Source: Lytechinus pictus (lineage: Eukaryota). From it: a stretch of DNA of 64,000 nt. Under the pieces are notes generated by a model. That model saw nothing but the letters and a program-made list of their open reading frames with translations, was not told the DNA's origin and made no database searches. Position numbers and translations under genes: made by a program. Of the stretch, positions 38,811-49,800 are shown one piece after another (position 1 is the stretch's first letter; every line of letters starts with the position of its first letter). Location of the stretch: positions 22,878,001 through 22,942,000 of the forward strand of contig NC_087251.1 in NCBI RefSeq assembly GCF_037042905.1, given 5' to 3'.

Positions 38811-38907
38811 TCAACACCACCACCATCATCATCAATCATCATTTCCATCATCACCATTACCATCATCATCATAATCACCATCATCATCATCATCGTCATC
38901 ATCATCA
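38811..38907 (+). repeat. (CAT/CAC)n microsatellite
   Basis: Imperfect trinucleotide run; accounts for the poly-His and poly-Met ORFs. Confidence 0.9.
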
Positions 38908-39025
38908 AAGTAATGCCTCTTCGTAATCGACTTAAACCTACCGTGGTCAGATATATCTGCCGCATAGAGCTTCGTGCTGATGCGCACTAGGTTTGCGCTA
39001 TGCGCACAATCAAATCTTTACTTAA

Positions 39026-39609
39026 AGGTCAAGTCCACCCCAGAAAAATTTTGATTTGAATATTTAAAGAAAAATTAAACAAGCATAAAGCTGAAAATTT
39101 CATCAAAATCGAATCAAAATCGGATGTAAAATAAGAAAGTTATGGCATTTCAAAGTTATGCACAATTCAGTGACATGCAAATGAGTCAGTCGATGATGTC
39201 CATCACTCACTATTTCTTTTGTTTTCTATTGTTTGAATTATACAATATTTCAATTTTTACAGATTTGACAATAAGGACCAACTTGACTGAACCATATAGT
39301 ATTAAACAATGCTAATTCCACATGTTCAGGGAGGAATTAATCGTTGTTTCACTTGACAATGAGGAGAAAATTAGAATATTTCATATTATAATAAAATACA
39401 AAAGAAATAGTGAGTGGATGACGTCATCAGTTTCCTCATTTGCATACCGATCAGGATGTGCATATAACTGTTTTGTGAAATTAAGCAAAACTTTAAAATG
39501 TCATAACTTTCTTATTTTACATCTGATTTTGATGAAATTTTCATTGATATGCTTGTTGGATTTTTCTCTTTTTATTTAAATCAACTTTTTGTTGGGATGG
39601 ACTTGTCCT
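39026..39609. mobile_element. Kolobok-type MITE
   Basis: TTAA TSD; AGGTCAAGTCCACCCCA / TGGGATGGACTTGTCCT. Related degenerate copies at ~6300-7259 and ~56355-56974. Confidence 0.8.
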
Positions 39610-39879
39610 TTAATTACTGGGAAAATTATGGCTCTTGCCCAACCCCCGACCACTGACCCCTGTACCCCCCCCCCTGCCTCGATCATTTATTCTCTATCGT
39701 CGGCAATTTTTTTTTCTTTTCCCTTTTTTTTCTCCAATTTAGCTTTTCTGCTAGCCCATTCTCATGCAATACTGCCTTCATTTCCTGTTTCTTTTTGCCC
39801 CCTTTTTACCTTATCACTTTCCCTCCCTCACAGAAAGCGTACATGCAAAACAAACGGAAAAACAAACAATATCTCCCAG

Positions 39880-40030
39880 CTTCTTCTTCTTATGTTGGTT
39901 TTAGTGGCGATTAGTCATATTTGACTATTGTCGCCATTGACTTTATTCTATAAAATCTCACTTCTCACATAATGATATTATCCATATATATTTGATATAT
40001 TTTTCTTGTGCATCTTTCTAATATGAAAAA
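39880..40030 (-). mobile_element. 5'-truncated antisense 3'-end fragment of the same LINE family
   Basis: Reverse complement closely matches 46665-46820, including the stem-loop and AAG tail (about 3 differences over the terminal ~88 nt). Confidence 0.85.
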
Positions 40031-40393
40031 AAGGGATACATTATAGTATATACACAGAGCGTCGGGCTCTGTGTCATCCAAGTATGGTAGCATGTAGCAT
40101 TCCTAATTTGTTATGAATAGAGAACAAAACTAACCCACCAATTAACTTTTGTCGTACTCGTACATGATTTAAAGGCTTCCAAAAATTACAAATTAAAAAA
40201 ATTCAGCGATGGAGCTCGAGAACGTTGTATAACAGTTTCCATGATGGTAACTTTGTCATCCGATGTTAAACCTGCATGGAATCCTTGATTCTGATTGGCT
40301 GTAGATCATCGTTACCATGGTAGTTACCATTGGATGGCGAAGTTACCATAATATAGAGCAACTTTTATGCAATGGAGCAATGGAGCCATGCAG

Positions 40394-40704
40394 GGGCCGA
40401 TTGCACGAAAGGGTCTTTCCAAGGACCGTCTTTCGTGTCGCCCATCTTTTATGATGCGCTATAAGCGGGGTGATTCTGAAATTTATGATAAACAAATAAA
40501 ATTCGTAAGCTAGCTTTTAAATCAAATTTTATACAATTTCATGAGATATCACATCATTTTATAAAAAAATATTTTTGTTTATTCAACGGACAAATAAAAT
40601 ATATTTGCAGATAATTTACTTGAAATGCGTTTCACATGGCGTATCATAAAAGATGGGCGACACGAAAGACGGTCCTTGCAAAGACCCTTTCGTGCAATCG
40701 GCCC
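40394..40704. mobile_element. MITE with ~65-bp near-perfect TIRs
   Basis: GGGCCGATTGCACGAAAGGGTCTTT..GTCGCCCATCTTTTATGAT mirrored at 40639-40704. Confidence 0.85.
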
Positions 40705-41019
40705 TTTTTTTCATTCTTTATTTGTTCTGTTGACGGTGTAGTAGCTACATGATACATGACACGTATAGGACGTGGCAATAGTAGGACGTGCAACTCACTT
40801 TTCTCTGAAAATATCAGGAAAATTCTATAAATTACCAATACCGCGTTGTTAGACTAAATATTGTGCATTTGGAACATCCTTCCTATATGGTCAAGTGACA
40901 GGGTAAGCGAACATTTGTGGGCTTTTTAAGCACTTCACACTTACTTTATGTCGTAGGTCGCACCTATATACGTACCGTACTAACATTCAAATTTCCCGCC
41001 CTTTTACCAAAGGCCAATC

Positions 41020-42441
41020 ATGGCGACTGGGCCGGCGGCATCCGAGCCGGACCATACAATAACGAGTACGGATGAAGATATTTGGATGATACAAAGACCA
41101 CGTCGAAAAAAAAGCATTTCGTACCAACCAGAAAAAAGAAAAAGAGAAAAGAGTGACGATATTACAATTGAAAATATTAATCAAAACGCATCGTCAGACT
41201 CTGACTCGAATACATCATATCGTACTCCAGGTTTTTCCTCGACCAAAAGATTGTCTGATTTCAAGCTATTTATAGCACCTATAGATAGACAGAAGAAATT
41301 GAACTTAAGGAATATTGATCCCTTAAAAGTAAAAAAAAGCGATCAGAGATGTGAGTTCACAACCAGTAGAGTTTATCAAACCAATTAGCACTGGGTTGCT
41401 GGTAAAATGTATCAACCTAAAGCAGATGAAATCCATCTCACAGATTCAAAACATAGGTAATATACCAGTAAAGGTCACGGAAAGTAGGTCGGGAACTAAA
41501 GGAGTGATATATGGTGTCCCAACTGAAACATCAGAAGAGGATATTCTTGAAGAATTGAGAGACCAGAAAGTGACAGCAGTAAAAAGAATAGTAAAGAAAG
41601 ACCAGAGAAACAAAAATGACAAAGAAAGAGAAGGTGTTGATAACAATCAGCCTACTTTTATTCCCTTGAGGAGTGTGATTCTTACTCGGGCAGACCTCCC
41701 TCAGAATGTCAATCTAGGCTACCAGATGTTTACAGTAAAACCATATATCCCACCTGTATCTAGATGTTTTAAGTGTCAAAGGTATGGTCACACTGCTGAT
41801 ATATGCAGATCTCAGATTAGATGTGTTAGATGTGGAGATCATCATAATTTTGATCAATGCCCGAAGAAATTGACACCAATATGTGCCAATTGTGGAGGTG
41901 AACACTCCGCTGCATTTAAAGGATGCCAGCAGGCAAAAAAAGCAAAAGAAGTACAAGAAATAAAGATAACAAGAAAGCTAACATATGCTGAAGCATCCCA
42001 GGTCTGGAAAACAAAAAGTGAAAAAAATGTCACACAGACAGTCACTGGAGATGCGAAAGAATTTTCCCAATCAGTACCTAAGTTAAGAGTAAAAACCTAT
42101 GTAACAGATAACCAGAGTAAAGTTACAAATCCACAGGTAGCAACGGTTCCAAGCGAACTACCTATGGAGACTAACCTTCCTGACAACACCCAACAAAGGG
42201 ATACACCACTATCTGCTGTTAAAGACCAGGCTACCAGGTCAGCCGATACATCGGCAAAGAACACCACACCTAATTTTATAAGTCTAGCTAGTGATGAGCA
42301 AATTGTTGTTTTTATATGTCAATTAATTATGTCATTAACTGAAGGGAGAGAAGAGAAGAAATAAATGCTTTAATTTTAACTGCTGCAAGAAGATTGCGGC
42401 AACAAAAAAAGGAGATCATAACTCAACAACGCAGGAACTAA
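41020..42441 (+). pseudogene. LINE ORF1 (gag-like, three CCHC knuckles) with two apparent single-base frameshifts
   Basis: CFKCQRYGHTADIC, CVRCGDHHNFDQC, CANCGGEHSAAFKGC. Frame switch in the A8 run 41331-41338 gives DPLKVKK/AIRDVSSQ. A likely second switch near 42358-42361 continues INALILTAARRL...RRN* to 42441. Either could be a sequencing error. Confidence 0.75.
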
Positions 42442-45400
42442 CGCTTTCTTTGCCCTACTTTCCATTCTTCAATGGAATTCTCAGGGCTTATTAGGGCACG
42501 GACAAGAGCTACTTAATCATCTAAAAACAAATAAAGAATATGATTTAATTTGTGTTCAAGAAACGTGGTTTTATGATAATAGTTCACTTTGTATTCCAAA
42601 TTATACATGCCTCCCAAGAAATAGGGAAGGTCAACGAAGAGGGGGTTGTGCAATATATATTCACGATTGGATTAAGTACGAAGATCCAATCAATGATTCA
42701 AGTCTAGAATTACAACAAGTTAACATATATGTCACCAATAAAAAAATATCTATCATCAACTTTTATAATCCATGCAAAAGATTAAACGAATCAATTCTAA
42801 ACACATTGTTGAAGAATGTTAATAAAACAGATAACCTAATAATCTTAGGTGATTTCAACGCTCATAGTACCCTCTGGGGCAGTGACAAAACCGACAGAAA
42901 CGGACAAGCCATTGAGCAATTTATATATGAGAATAACTTAATAGTATTGAATGATAAAACAGGAACTAGACTTGATCCTTGTACTGGAAAGCTTTCGTGC
43001 TTAGATCTATGTATGTCCTCCCCATCACTGGCCGGTAAGGCGATATGGAAGGTTATGGAAGATTCGGGGAGCGATCATTTTCCAATTATTATTCAAATAA
43101 CACTTGGAAAGAAAGGAAAAAATCATGAAAATCTAAGTAATCAGGCCAAAGATAACATGTCTCATGAACATATCTCTTTCAAGAATGTTAACTGGCCCAT
43201 ATTTGCATACAAATGTGAAAATATCATAAAAAATGAAATAATTAAATCTGAAGATGGTATTAAGAACATTTTTTATTCATTTATGGAACGCTTGAAGGAA
43301 TGTATTCATGAAGCAATCCCGAAAAAAAGAAAGACGGGAAAAAATCCTGTCCCATGGTGGAACAAGGAATGTACTGAAAAGATTAAAGAAAGAAATAGAA
43401 TAAGAAACCATCTATCAAGAAAAATCACACTTGATAGAATTAACGAATACAAAAAAAAGAAGGCAGAAGCCCAACGAGTTCTCCGGAAAGCGGAAAGAGA
43501 ATATTGGCAAGCTTTTTGCAGAAGACTAGACAGATTCATGCCAGAGACAAAGATATGGTCATGTATAAAACGTTTAAATGGTGTACCTGTCAAAAAATCA
43601 CAAAATATGCCTATTTTGATGGAGAAAGGTAAAGCCATTACGTCCTTAACAGAGAGAGTAGAGATTTTTGGAACTTATTTCCAATCCTTAGGACAGAAAA
43701 AAAAAGATTCCAATAAAACATTAACCAAGGAAGTACAAAATTCTTTCTACCAAAATGAACATGTTATTAATGAACCTTTCTCGAAGAATGAATTTGAGAA
43801 AGCAGTTATATCTACTAAATTTGCTGCTCCAGGAAAAGATAATATTCCATACATTGTATACGAAAATATGCCAAAAAGCACAAAAGAAATTATGTTGAAC
43901 ATTATTAATAGAATATGGGAATCCGGGGATATCCCGAGTTCTCTAAAACACTCAATTTTAGTGCCAATCTTGAAATCTGGTAAGGACTCAAAAAATGTTA
44001 TCTCCTACAGACCAATATCACTTACATCTTGTTTTGCCAAAGTTATAGAGCGTATGATAAAAGATAGATTGCAATGGTACATAGATAAAAATAACTTATT
44101 GCCTAATTTCATCAGCGGTTTTAGAAAAGGTCGTAGTACTACTGACAATATTGTTTTATTAGAAAATGACATTCAAAAATCTATCAATTGCAGTGAGCAC
44201 ACTCTTGCAGTATTTTTGGATGTCGAAAAGGCTTATGACAGTCTTTGGATTGATGGATTACTGTACAAACTCACTCAATGTGGTATAGGAGGAAATATGT
44301 TACATTTTTTAGAAAATTATCTAACAGAACGTACCTTTCAGGTAAGAGTTACAAATACTGAATCCAGAACATTCCAAGTCCATAACGGACTCCCCCAGGG
44401 GAGTGTTCTGAGTCCCCTTTTATATAATGTCATGATGAGAGATATTCCAATTGATCCTGAAGTGACAATATCCACATATGCTGATGATTGTGCAGTATGG
44501 TTTTCTGGGAAAAATGTAGAGAATATTAGATTAAGGATACAAACTTATCTAGATGTATTATGTACCTGGTTTAAAGACTGGGGCTTCAATTTTTCTATTG
44601 AGAAGACTGTTCCGGTATTTTTCACTAAGCTCACAAACGTTACTCCTCCAACAGTCAAGTTTGAAGGGAGTATACTCACTTATAAAAATAATCACCGTTT
44701 CCTAGGAATGATATTTGATAGTAAATTGTCTTGGCATCCCCATATAGAGAACGTAGTTTCAAGAAGTAAAAGGAAATTAAATATATTGCGAAGTTTAACA
44801 GGAACTAAATGGGGAAGTTCATCTAAGTCCTTACTTATGGTTTACAGGGCAATTATTAGATTAATTTTTGATTATGGTTGTCAAGCTTATGATAGTGCTC
44901 CAGTATCTACAAAAAAATTGTTAGACTCGGTGCAATATCAAGCACTCAGAATATGTGCTGGTGGGCTGCCATTAACATCGCTAGTTTCACTGCAGGTGGA
45001 AATGGGAGAACCCCCTTTAGATTTAAGAAGGCAAATGTTATCAAGCAAGTATAGACAAAATATAGAAAGACATAATAATCACCCATTAATAACACGTATC
45101 AAACCATGCTGGCAGTTCGATTATCTTAAAGGTAAGAATGTTAGTAAACCGTTTGGTTATAGGCTCCAATCCAAGATAGGAAAAGAAATTAGTATCGAAA
45201 ATGTTATTTCTCCATCCTTTCCCCCTTGGTTATTTTGTCCACCAGTTGTATCTACTGAATTGAGTTCACAAATCAAGAAATCGGATCATCCAATACAATT
45301 ACAACAATTGAGTTTGGAATTGATACATACAAAATGGTCACACCAACTCCATATATACACTGATGGATCCAAAGCCCCTGAAAAGGGGATTAGCTCAGCT

Positions 45401-46183
45401 GCTTTTTATGTACCTTATTTTTCCTTCTACCAAGGCAAAAGACTATCGAATTTCACCTCCTCCTATAGGGCGGAATTAATTGCGATTGTTCTTGCACTGG
45501 AATGGATAGAAGATTTAGATATATATACAGGTGTTGTTATTTTCAGTGATGCATTAAGTGCACTTTTATCTTTACAGAATCGGAAAGACGATCCTATTAT
45601 CACAGAAATTCTAACTATTAGTACAAGACTCAAATATAAAGGTATAGAGATATACCTGGAGTGGATCCCTGGTCACTGTGGAATAAAAGGAAATGAAATA
45701 GCAGACTCCTGCGCAAAAAAAGCTTTATCAAATAAAATAGAAATTCATAATCAAATAACATTATCAGAAATTATGCAACTTATTTCAAAAAGTTGTAAGA
45801 TAATTTGGCAAGAAAGATGGAATAAAACTAACTCAGCACTGAAAGAACTGCAACCATCAGTGCTATCCACATATAAATGCAATCTAGGGAGACAGGAAAC
45901 TGTACTCCATCGTCTCCGTTTTGGAGTCGCTGGTCTTAACCAAGATCTACTAAGATTAGGGATCCATCCAACAGGGTTTTGTGATAGATGTCCTGAGGTA
46001 GAAACTGTCAGACATTATCTTTTACATTGTCCAAAATATATAATTGAAAGATCAATGCTCCTTGTAGAATTGAATGAATCACAGCCAGGACAAATAATGG
46101 AGTATTTAAAAAAAGATGACCCAGGGATACAGAAAGCATTTTTACGTTTCGTTTCAAGAACGAAACGTTTTAGTAAGGAGTGA
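42422..46183 (+). CDS. LINE ORF2: AP endonuclease + reverse transcriptase + RNase H + CCHC (1253 open codons, no AUG before 43013)
   Basis: Open from the TAA at 42419-42421: ILQWNSQGL, ICVQETW, GGCAIYI, GDFNAH, GSDHFPI, YRPISLTS, FLDVEKAYD, GLPQGSVLSP, YADD, YTDGSK, WIPGHCGIKGNEIAD, CDRCPEVETVRHYLLHC. Confidence 0.93.
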   Translation, partial: LNNAGTNAFFALLSILQWNSQGLLGHGQELLNHLKTNKEYDLICVQETWFYDNSSLCIPNYTCLPRNREGQRRGGCAIYIHDWIKYEDPINDSSLELQQVNIYVTNKKISIINFYNPCKRLNESILNTLLKNVNKTDNLIILGDFNAHSTLWGSDKTDRNGQAIEQFIYENNLIVLNDKTGTRLDPCTGKLSCLDLCMSSPSLAGKAIWKVMEDSGSDHFPIIIQITLGKKGKNHENLSNQAKDNMSHEHISFKNVNWPIFAYKCENIIKNEIIKSEDGIKNIFYSFMERLKECIHEAIPKKRKTGKNPVPWWNKECTEKIKERNRIRNHLSRKITLDRINEYKKKKAEAQRVLRKAEREYWQAFCRRLDRFMPETKIWSCIKRLNGVPVKKSQNMPILMEKGKAITSLTERVEIFGTYFQSLGQKKKDSNKTLTKEVQNSFYQNEHVINEPFSKNEFEKAVISTKFAAPGKDNIPYIVYENMPKSTKEIMLNIINRIWESGDIPSSLKHSILVPILKSGKDSKNVISYRPISLTSCFAKVIERMIKDRLQWYIDKNNLLPNFISGFRKGRSTTDNIVLLENDIQKSINCSEHTLAVFLDVEKAYDSLWIDGLLYKLTQCGIGGNMLHFLENYLTERTFQVRVTNTESRTFQVHNGLPQGSVLSPLLYNVMMRDIPIDPEVTISTYADDCAVWFSGKNVENIRLRIQTYLDVLCTWFKDWGFNFSIEKTVPVFFTKLTNVTPPTVKFEGSILTYKNNHRFLGMIFDSKLSWHPHIENVVSRSKRKLNILRSLTGTKWGSSSKSLLMVYRAIIRLIFDYGCQAYDSAPVSTKKLLDSVQYQALRICAGGLPLTSLVSLQVEMGEPPLDLRRQMLSSKYRQNIERHNNHPLITRIKPCWQFDYLKGKNVSKPFGYRLQSKIGKEISIENVISPSFPPWLFCPPVVSTELSSQIKKSDHPIQLQQLSLELIHTKWSHQLHIYTDGSKAPEKGISSAAFYVPYFSFYQGKRLSNFTSSYRAELIAIVLALEWIEDLDIYTGVVIFSDALSALLSLQNRKDDPIITEILTISTRLKYKGIEIYLEWIPGHCGIKGNEIADSCAKKALSNKIEIHNQITLSEIMQLISKSCKIIWQERWNKTNSALKELQPSVLSTYKCNLGRQETVLHRLRFGVAGLNQDLLRLGIHPTGFCDRCPEVETVRHYLLHCPKYIIERSMLLVELNESQPGQIMEYLKKDDPGIQKAFLRFVSRTKRFSKE

Positions 46184-46256
46184 TATGTGCTATTATTATA
46201 TTGTATTGTTTATAAGAAATATGAAAGGATATGCTTGTACAAGTCTAATGTGAAAA

Positions 46257-46291
<35 letters not shown>

Positions 46292-46894
46292 ATAATGTAT
46301 GATATAATATATACAAAATGATATTTTCTGCACATATAACTAACAAAGCCCACAAGTGTTTTCGCCTTGTTGTTGTTGTTGTTGTTTAAAAAAAAAAGAA
46401 ACAAATTATTTTAATGTTTAACCCATCTGTAAGCACAGGTACACTAGCGCCCCCTCGTCTATGCATGGGTGACCTAGGCATTTTTATGTCCGAAAAATCG
46501 GCACAATGTACCGTGCTGACCGGTATGATTGCATCTTAGAAAGGGCAGGGCAAGCGCAACTAGTTGGAACTGGGCTGAAGATAGCGGTTTGTTTTTGGTG
46601 AAGATTTGTTTATATGCCATTTTGACAAGAGTTAAGACAAACTTTTATACTATATTCATCATTTTTATAATAGAAGGATGCACAAGAAAAATATTTCATA
46701 TATGTATACATCATATTGGTAATAATATGAGAAGTGAGATTTTATAGATAAAGTCAATGGCGACAATAGTCAAATATGACTAATTGCCACTCAAACCAAC
46801 ATAAGAAGAAGAAGAAGAAGGTTCATTCAAATTGACTGGTCAAAACAGTGGAACTCTGGAAGTGAAGCAAGATTCTGAGACATCAAAAACAAAA

Positions 46895-49800
46895 ATGAAT
46901 CGTCATTCGCACATACCTCAACCTAGCTTTCAGACGAAACGGAAAGCACGACCTCCGCTGAATGTGACAGAAAAACAACCAACTCTGAGGTACTAATAAA
47001 AATTAAAAATAAACTATAAATTGCAGACCACACGCACAGCCGCGAGCTCCACTGCGTCTGCGGTAACTTGTCATATCTGGCTGCCGGGGCTTCCCGGCCG
47101 CTTACATGCGCTATGGCTGCCCCTTTTTACCGGCGCTGGCATGGCCTGGAGTTTAGATCATGCAGTCGATGATCAGTCTCGTTCTCGGCGTTCTCATTGA
47201 GAATTAAACAAATTATGTCAAAAGTCAAAACATACCCTTTATTAGACAGGAATAACCGTAGTCTCTGGGGATTTATTCAACAATTTCTGACATTTTACAA
47301 CCTCTAGGCTCTAAGTCTAATGATTCACTAAAGACATGAAAGACACTATGTCTATGTTTTATTTTACTTTCCACTTCTGTCTGAATGATGCGTCGTTTAT
47401 ATTTCTTTTTGGAGAACGGGAGTTCATAACGGAAGGTTTATGAAATTGGTTCTAGCCGTAAGTACCTATAAACAGTTTTGAAATGTCCAAAACGATGATT
47501 TATTGATATGTGACATTGGGGAGTTTTATTTATTTGCTTTTCCGACTTTCTAGGGAAATGTGTCTTCAACAGATACATCTACATTTCTTTTTTCTGAAAA
47601 CAAGAGTTCTTTCCTGTAATATGTAAATCGCTAGCACCTCAAAACACTTTAAAACATGTCTCGACAAAAAAAATCCCCAAATTTTGAGATAAACAACTTA
47701 AAATTCTGATTTTCTTGCCGATTTTTTTTTAGCCAATATGGATTTTAGGTATTGGCGTGCGTCACCGATCATCCAGTCCGGTCACATCTTTGACTTACAG
47801 CATTTATTTTTGAGAAGTTGGTAAATATCGCTTAATTATTAATAAGTCACATTCATAACAAATTTTTGCCGAAACTCGGTCTACCATGCATGTGTAGACC
47901 TGTCCACGTAGAGTTACTCATTTTTTTTTTTTTTGTGAGTTACTCACCGGGACTATTCCCAGTAAGTTATAACTGTAGATATAGTGTAGACCCTAACTTA
48001 AAATCTTTTTTAAGAATACGAGATGAGTTGAATAAAACCAAAATCGCATACCTCGGCCTTGTCAGCCGTATAGCACTATTGCGGAGGGGCCGGTTAACAA
48101 CAGTCACACACTCATATATAATCTATCGGAGAATGGTCTTACCTTATCACTCCTATATTGCCAGGCACAGCTCACTAGTAAAGCGAAGTCCGTACTGTCC
48201 GGGGGTTGTGTGGAGAAATGGCTGCTTCTGATTGCGTGTTGTGTAGTATGTGTGCTGCATTTGTGTACTCCCGCCGGTGGGTCATGTGACTCCGTACCAG
48301 TACGGAGTGATGTCGTCTGCTAGAGGTGTCGTCTGCTTCACTACTTGTAATTCAACCCCCCTAACACTATAGCACGTCTCTTTCGCATGTTCCAGGTTTC
48401 CGATGGTGGTGCTAATAAAATTCACAACCTTGTCCTGTGTTTAGCTCATCAGTTTTTTTATAACTGTCTAAATTCATTCTTTGTGCAATCATTTTGATTA
48501 TTCCATGAAATATGGGCGCCAATTAATGCAAAACCTTTGAAAACATACTTATAGATTATTATTGCTGATGATAGCACTACTTTGGAAATCATTTTTACGT
48601 GACAACAAATTTTTAAAAACTAGAAAAATTCTACGTGCCTCGAATGAAAACAGTAGTTCAAGCCTTTGTTTGTATATCAACAAATGGTACACCAAAGTCT
48701 ATACATTAAAAGATTGGACATTTCACCGACTTTGCGTGTAAAATAGTTTAAGTGCCTACATGTAGTCTTTCCCTTGTAGTGTCTTTGATACAAATATAAA
48801 TTGCATGCCCTCTATTTGTGAAAATGAATGCAACAGCAAGAAAAGTGAACATCAAGGAGCTTTGGAAAATCATACGATTTAACTGCATTTTAAGAACTAA
48901 ATGTGGAAAGAAGGTCATCTTTTGTGTCAACCAAATTCATATGCTATTTTTATGTTTTTATTTTTTCACTTTTATATAGACCTAAATCAAGTTTGACCAC
49001 CATCGATGTGGGTGCGTTGTGTCTGTGATTTTCATGTACAACTGGTTGTACATTGGTTGTTCCCCTGAACTACTTTGGCTCCACTCACCTATAGGTTTCA
49101 TGATTTGTTATAACAAATGTACAATTTCTAATCAGTCCATCAGATTTAGGGATTCCAGTAGCCTTTAATTGCGAATTTGTTATGATTAAGTTTTTTTTTT
49201 AAACGGGGGCCCCTGCTGATGCATCTTTCTACTCCAATTACACAGCGAGCCAACTGGCACTGCCATAGGGTCTACTTGTACATGCAAAGATATTTCATAA
49301 GGCATTTCTTTCTAATTGATTTATCTTATTTCTTCAGTTCTACAACGATACTCGGCAGGATCCATAAGTCAGGATGCAGTGCTAAGGAAATATCTTGGGT
49401 GCTCATCTGCAGTGCATACTTGTTGGTGCTTTTAAAACATTGTGCTGTTTGTGCAAGTAAAAATCTAGTTCCTTCGTTTATATGTTGGTTGGAAGCACCC
49501 CCTGAAGGCCTCCAATGAAGGGGCATCAAGGATGGTTTTGGGAAGTGCATTCCACGCAGTCACTGTCCTGGTAGAAATAGATCAAACATCTATTTCTGTT
49601 TTAAAATATATTTGTACCCCCTGTCAAAACAGAATGTTGAGATTTCTCTTGAAACCCTGCTCTTTTGTACTTTATTTTAGTTGGGACTCAAACTCACCTT
49701 GATTGAACTGCATTAAAGATCTATGTGTACATGTATTTATTTTTCCATTTACAGTTATTCCAAGCTGAAAGTAGAGGTGGCTTCACTCCAAGAAGAGAAT

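Larger units (their letters stand above)
40994..46820 (+). mobile_element. Near full-length I-clade (Nimb-like) non-LTR retrotransposon with RNase H and (AAG)n tail
   Basis: Gag-like ORF1, APE-RT-RNaseH-CCHC ORF2, 3' stem-loop TGGCGACAATAGTCA..TGACTAATTGCCA, (AAG)6 at 46803-46820. The 5' boundary rests on a candidate TSD CATTCAAATT (40984-40993 / 46824-46833). Confidence 0.9.

Noticed and set aside
38594-38965. Poly-His / poly-Met ORFs
   Set aside because: Translations of a (CAT)n microsatellite plus a CR1 remnant
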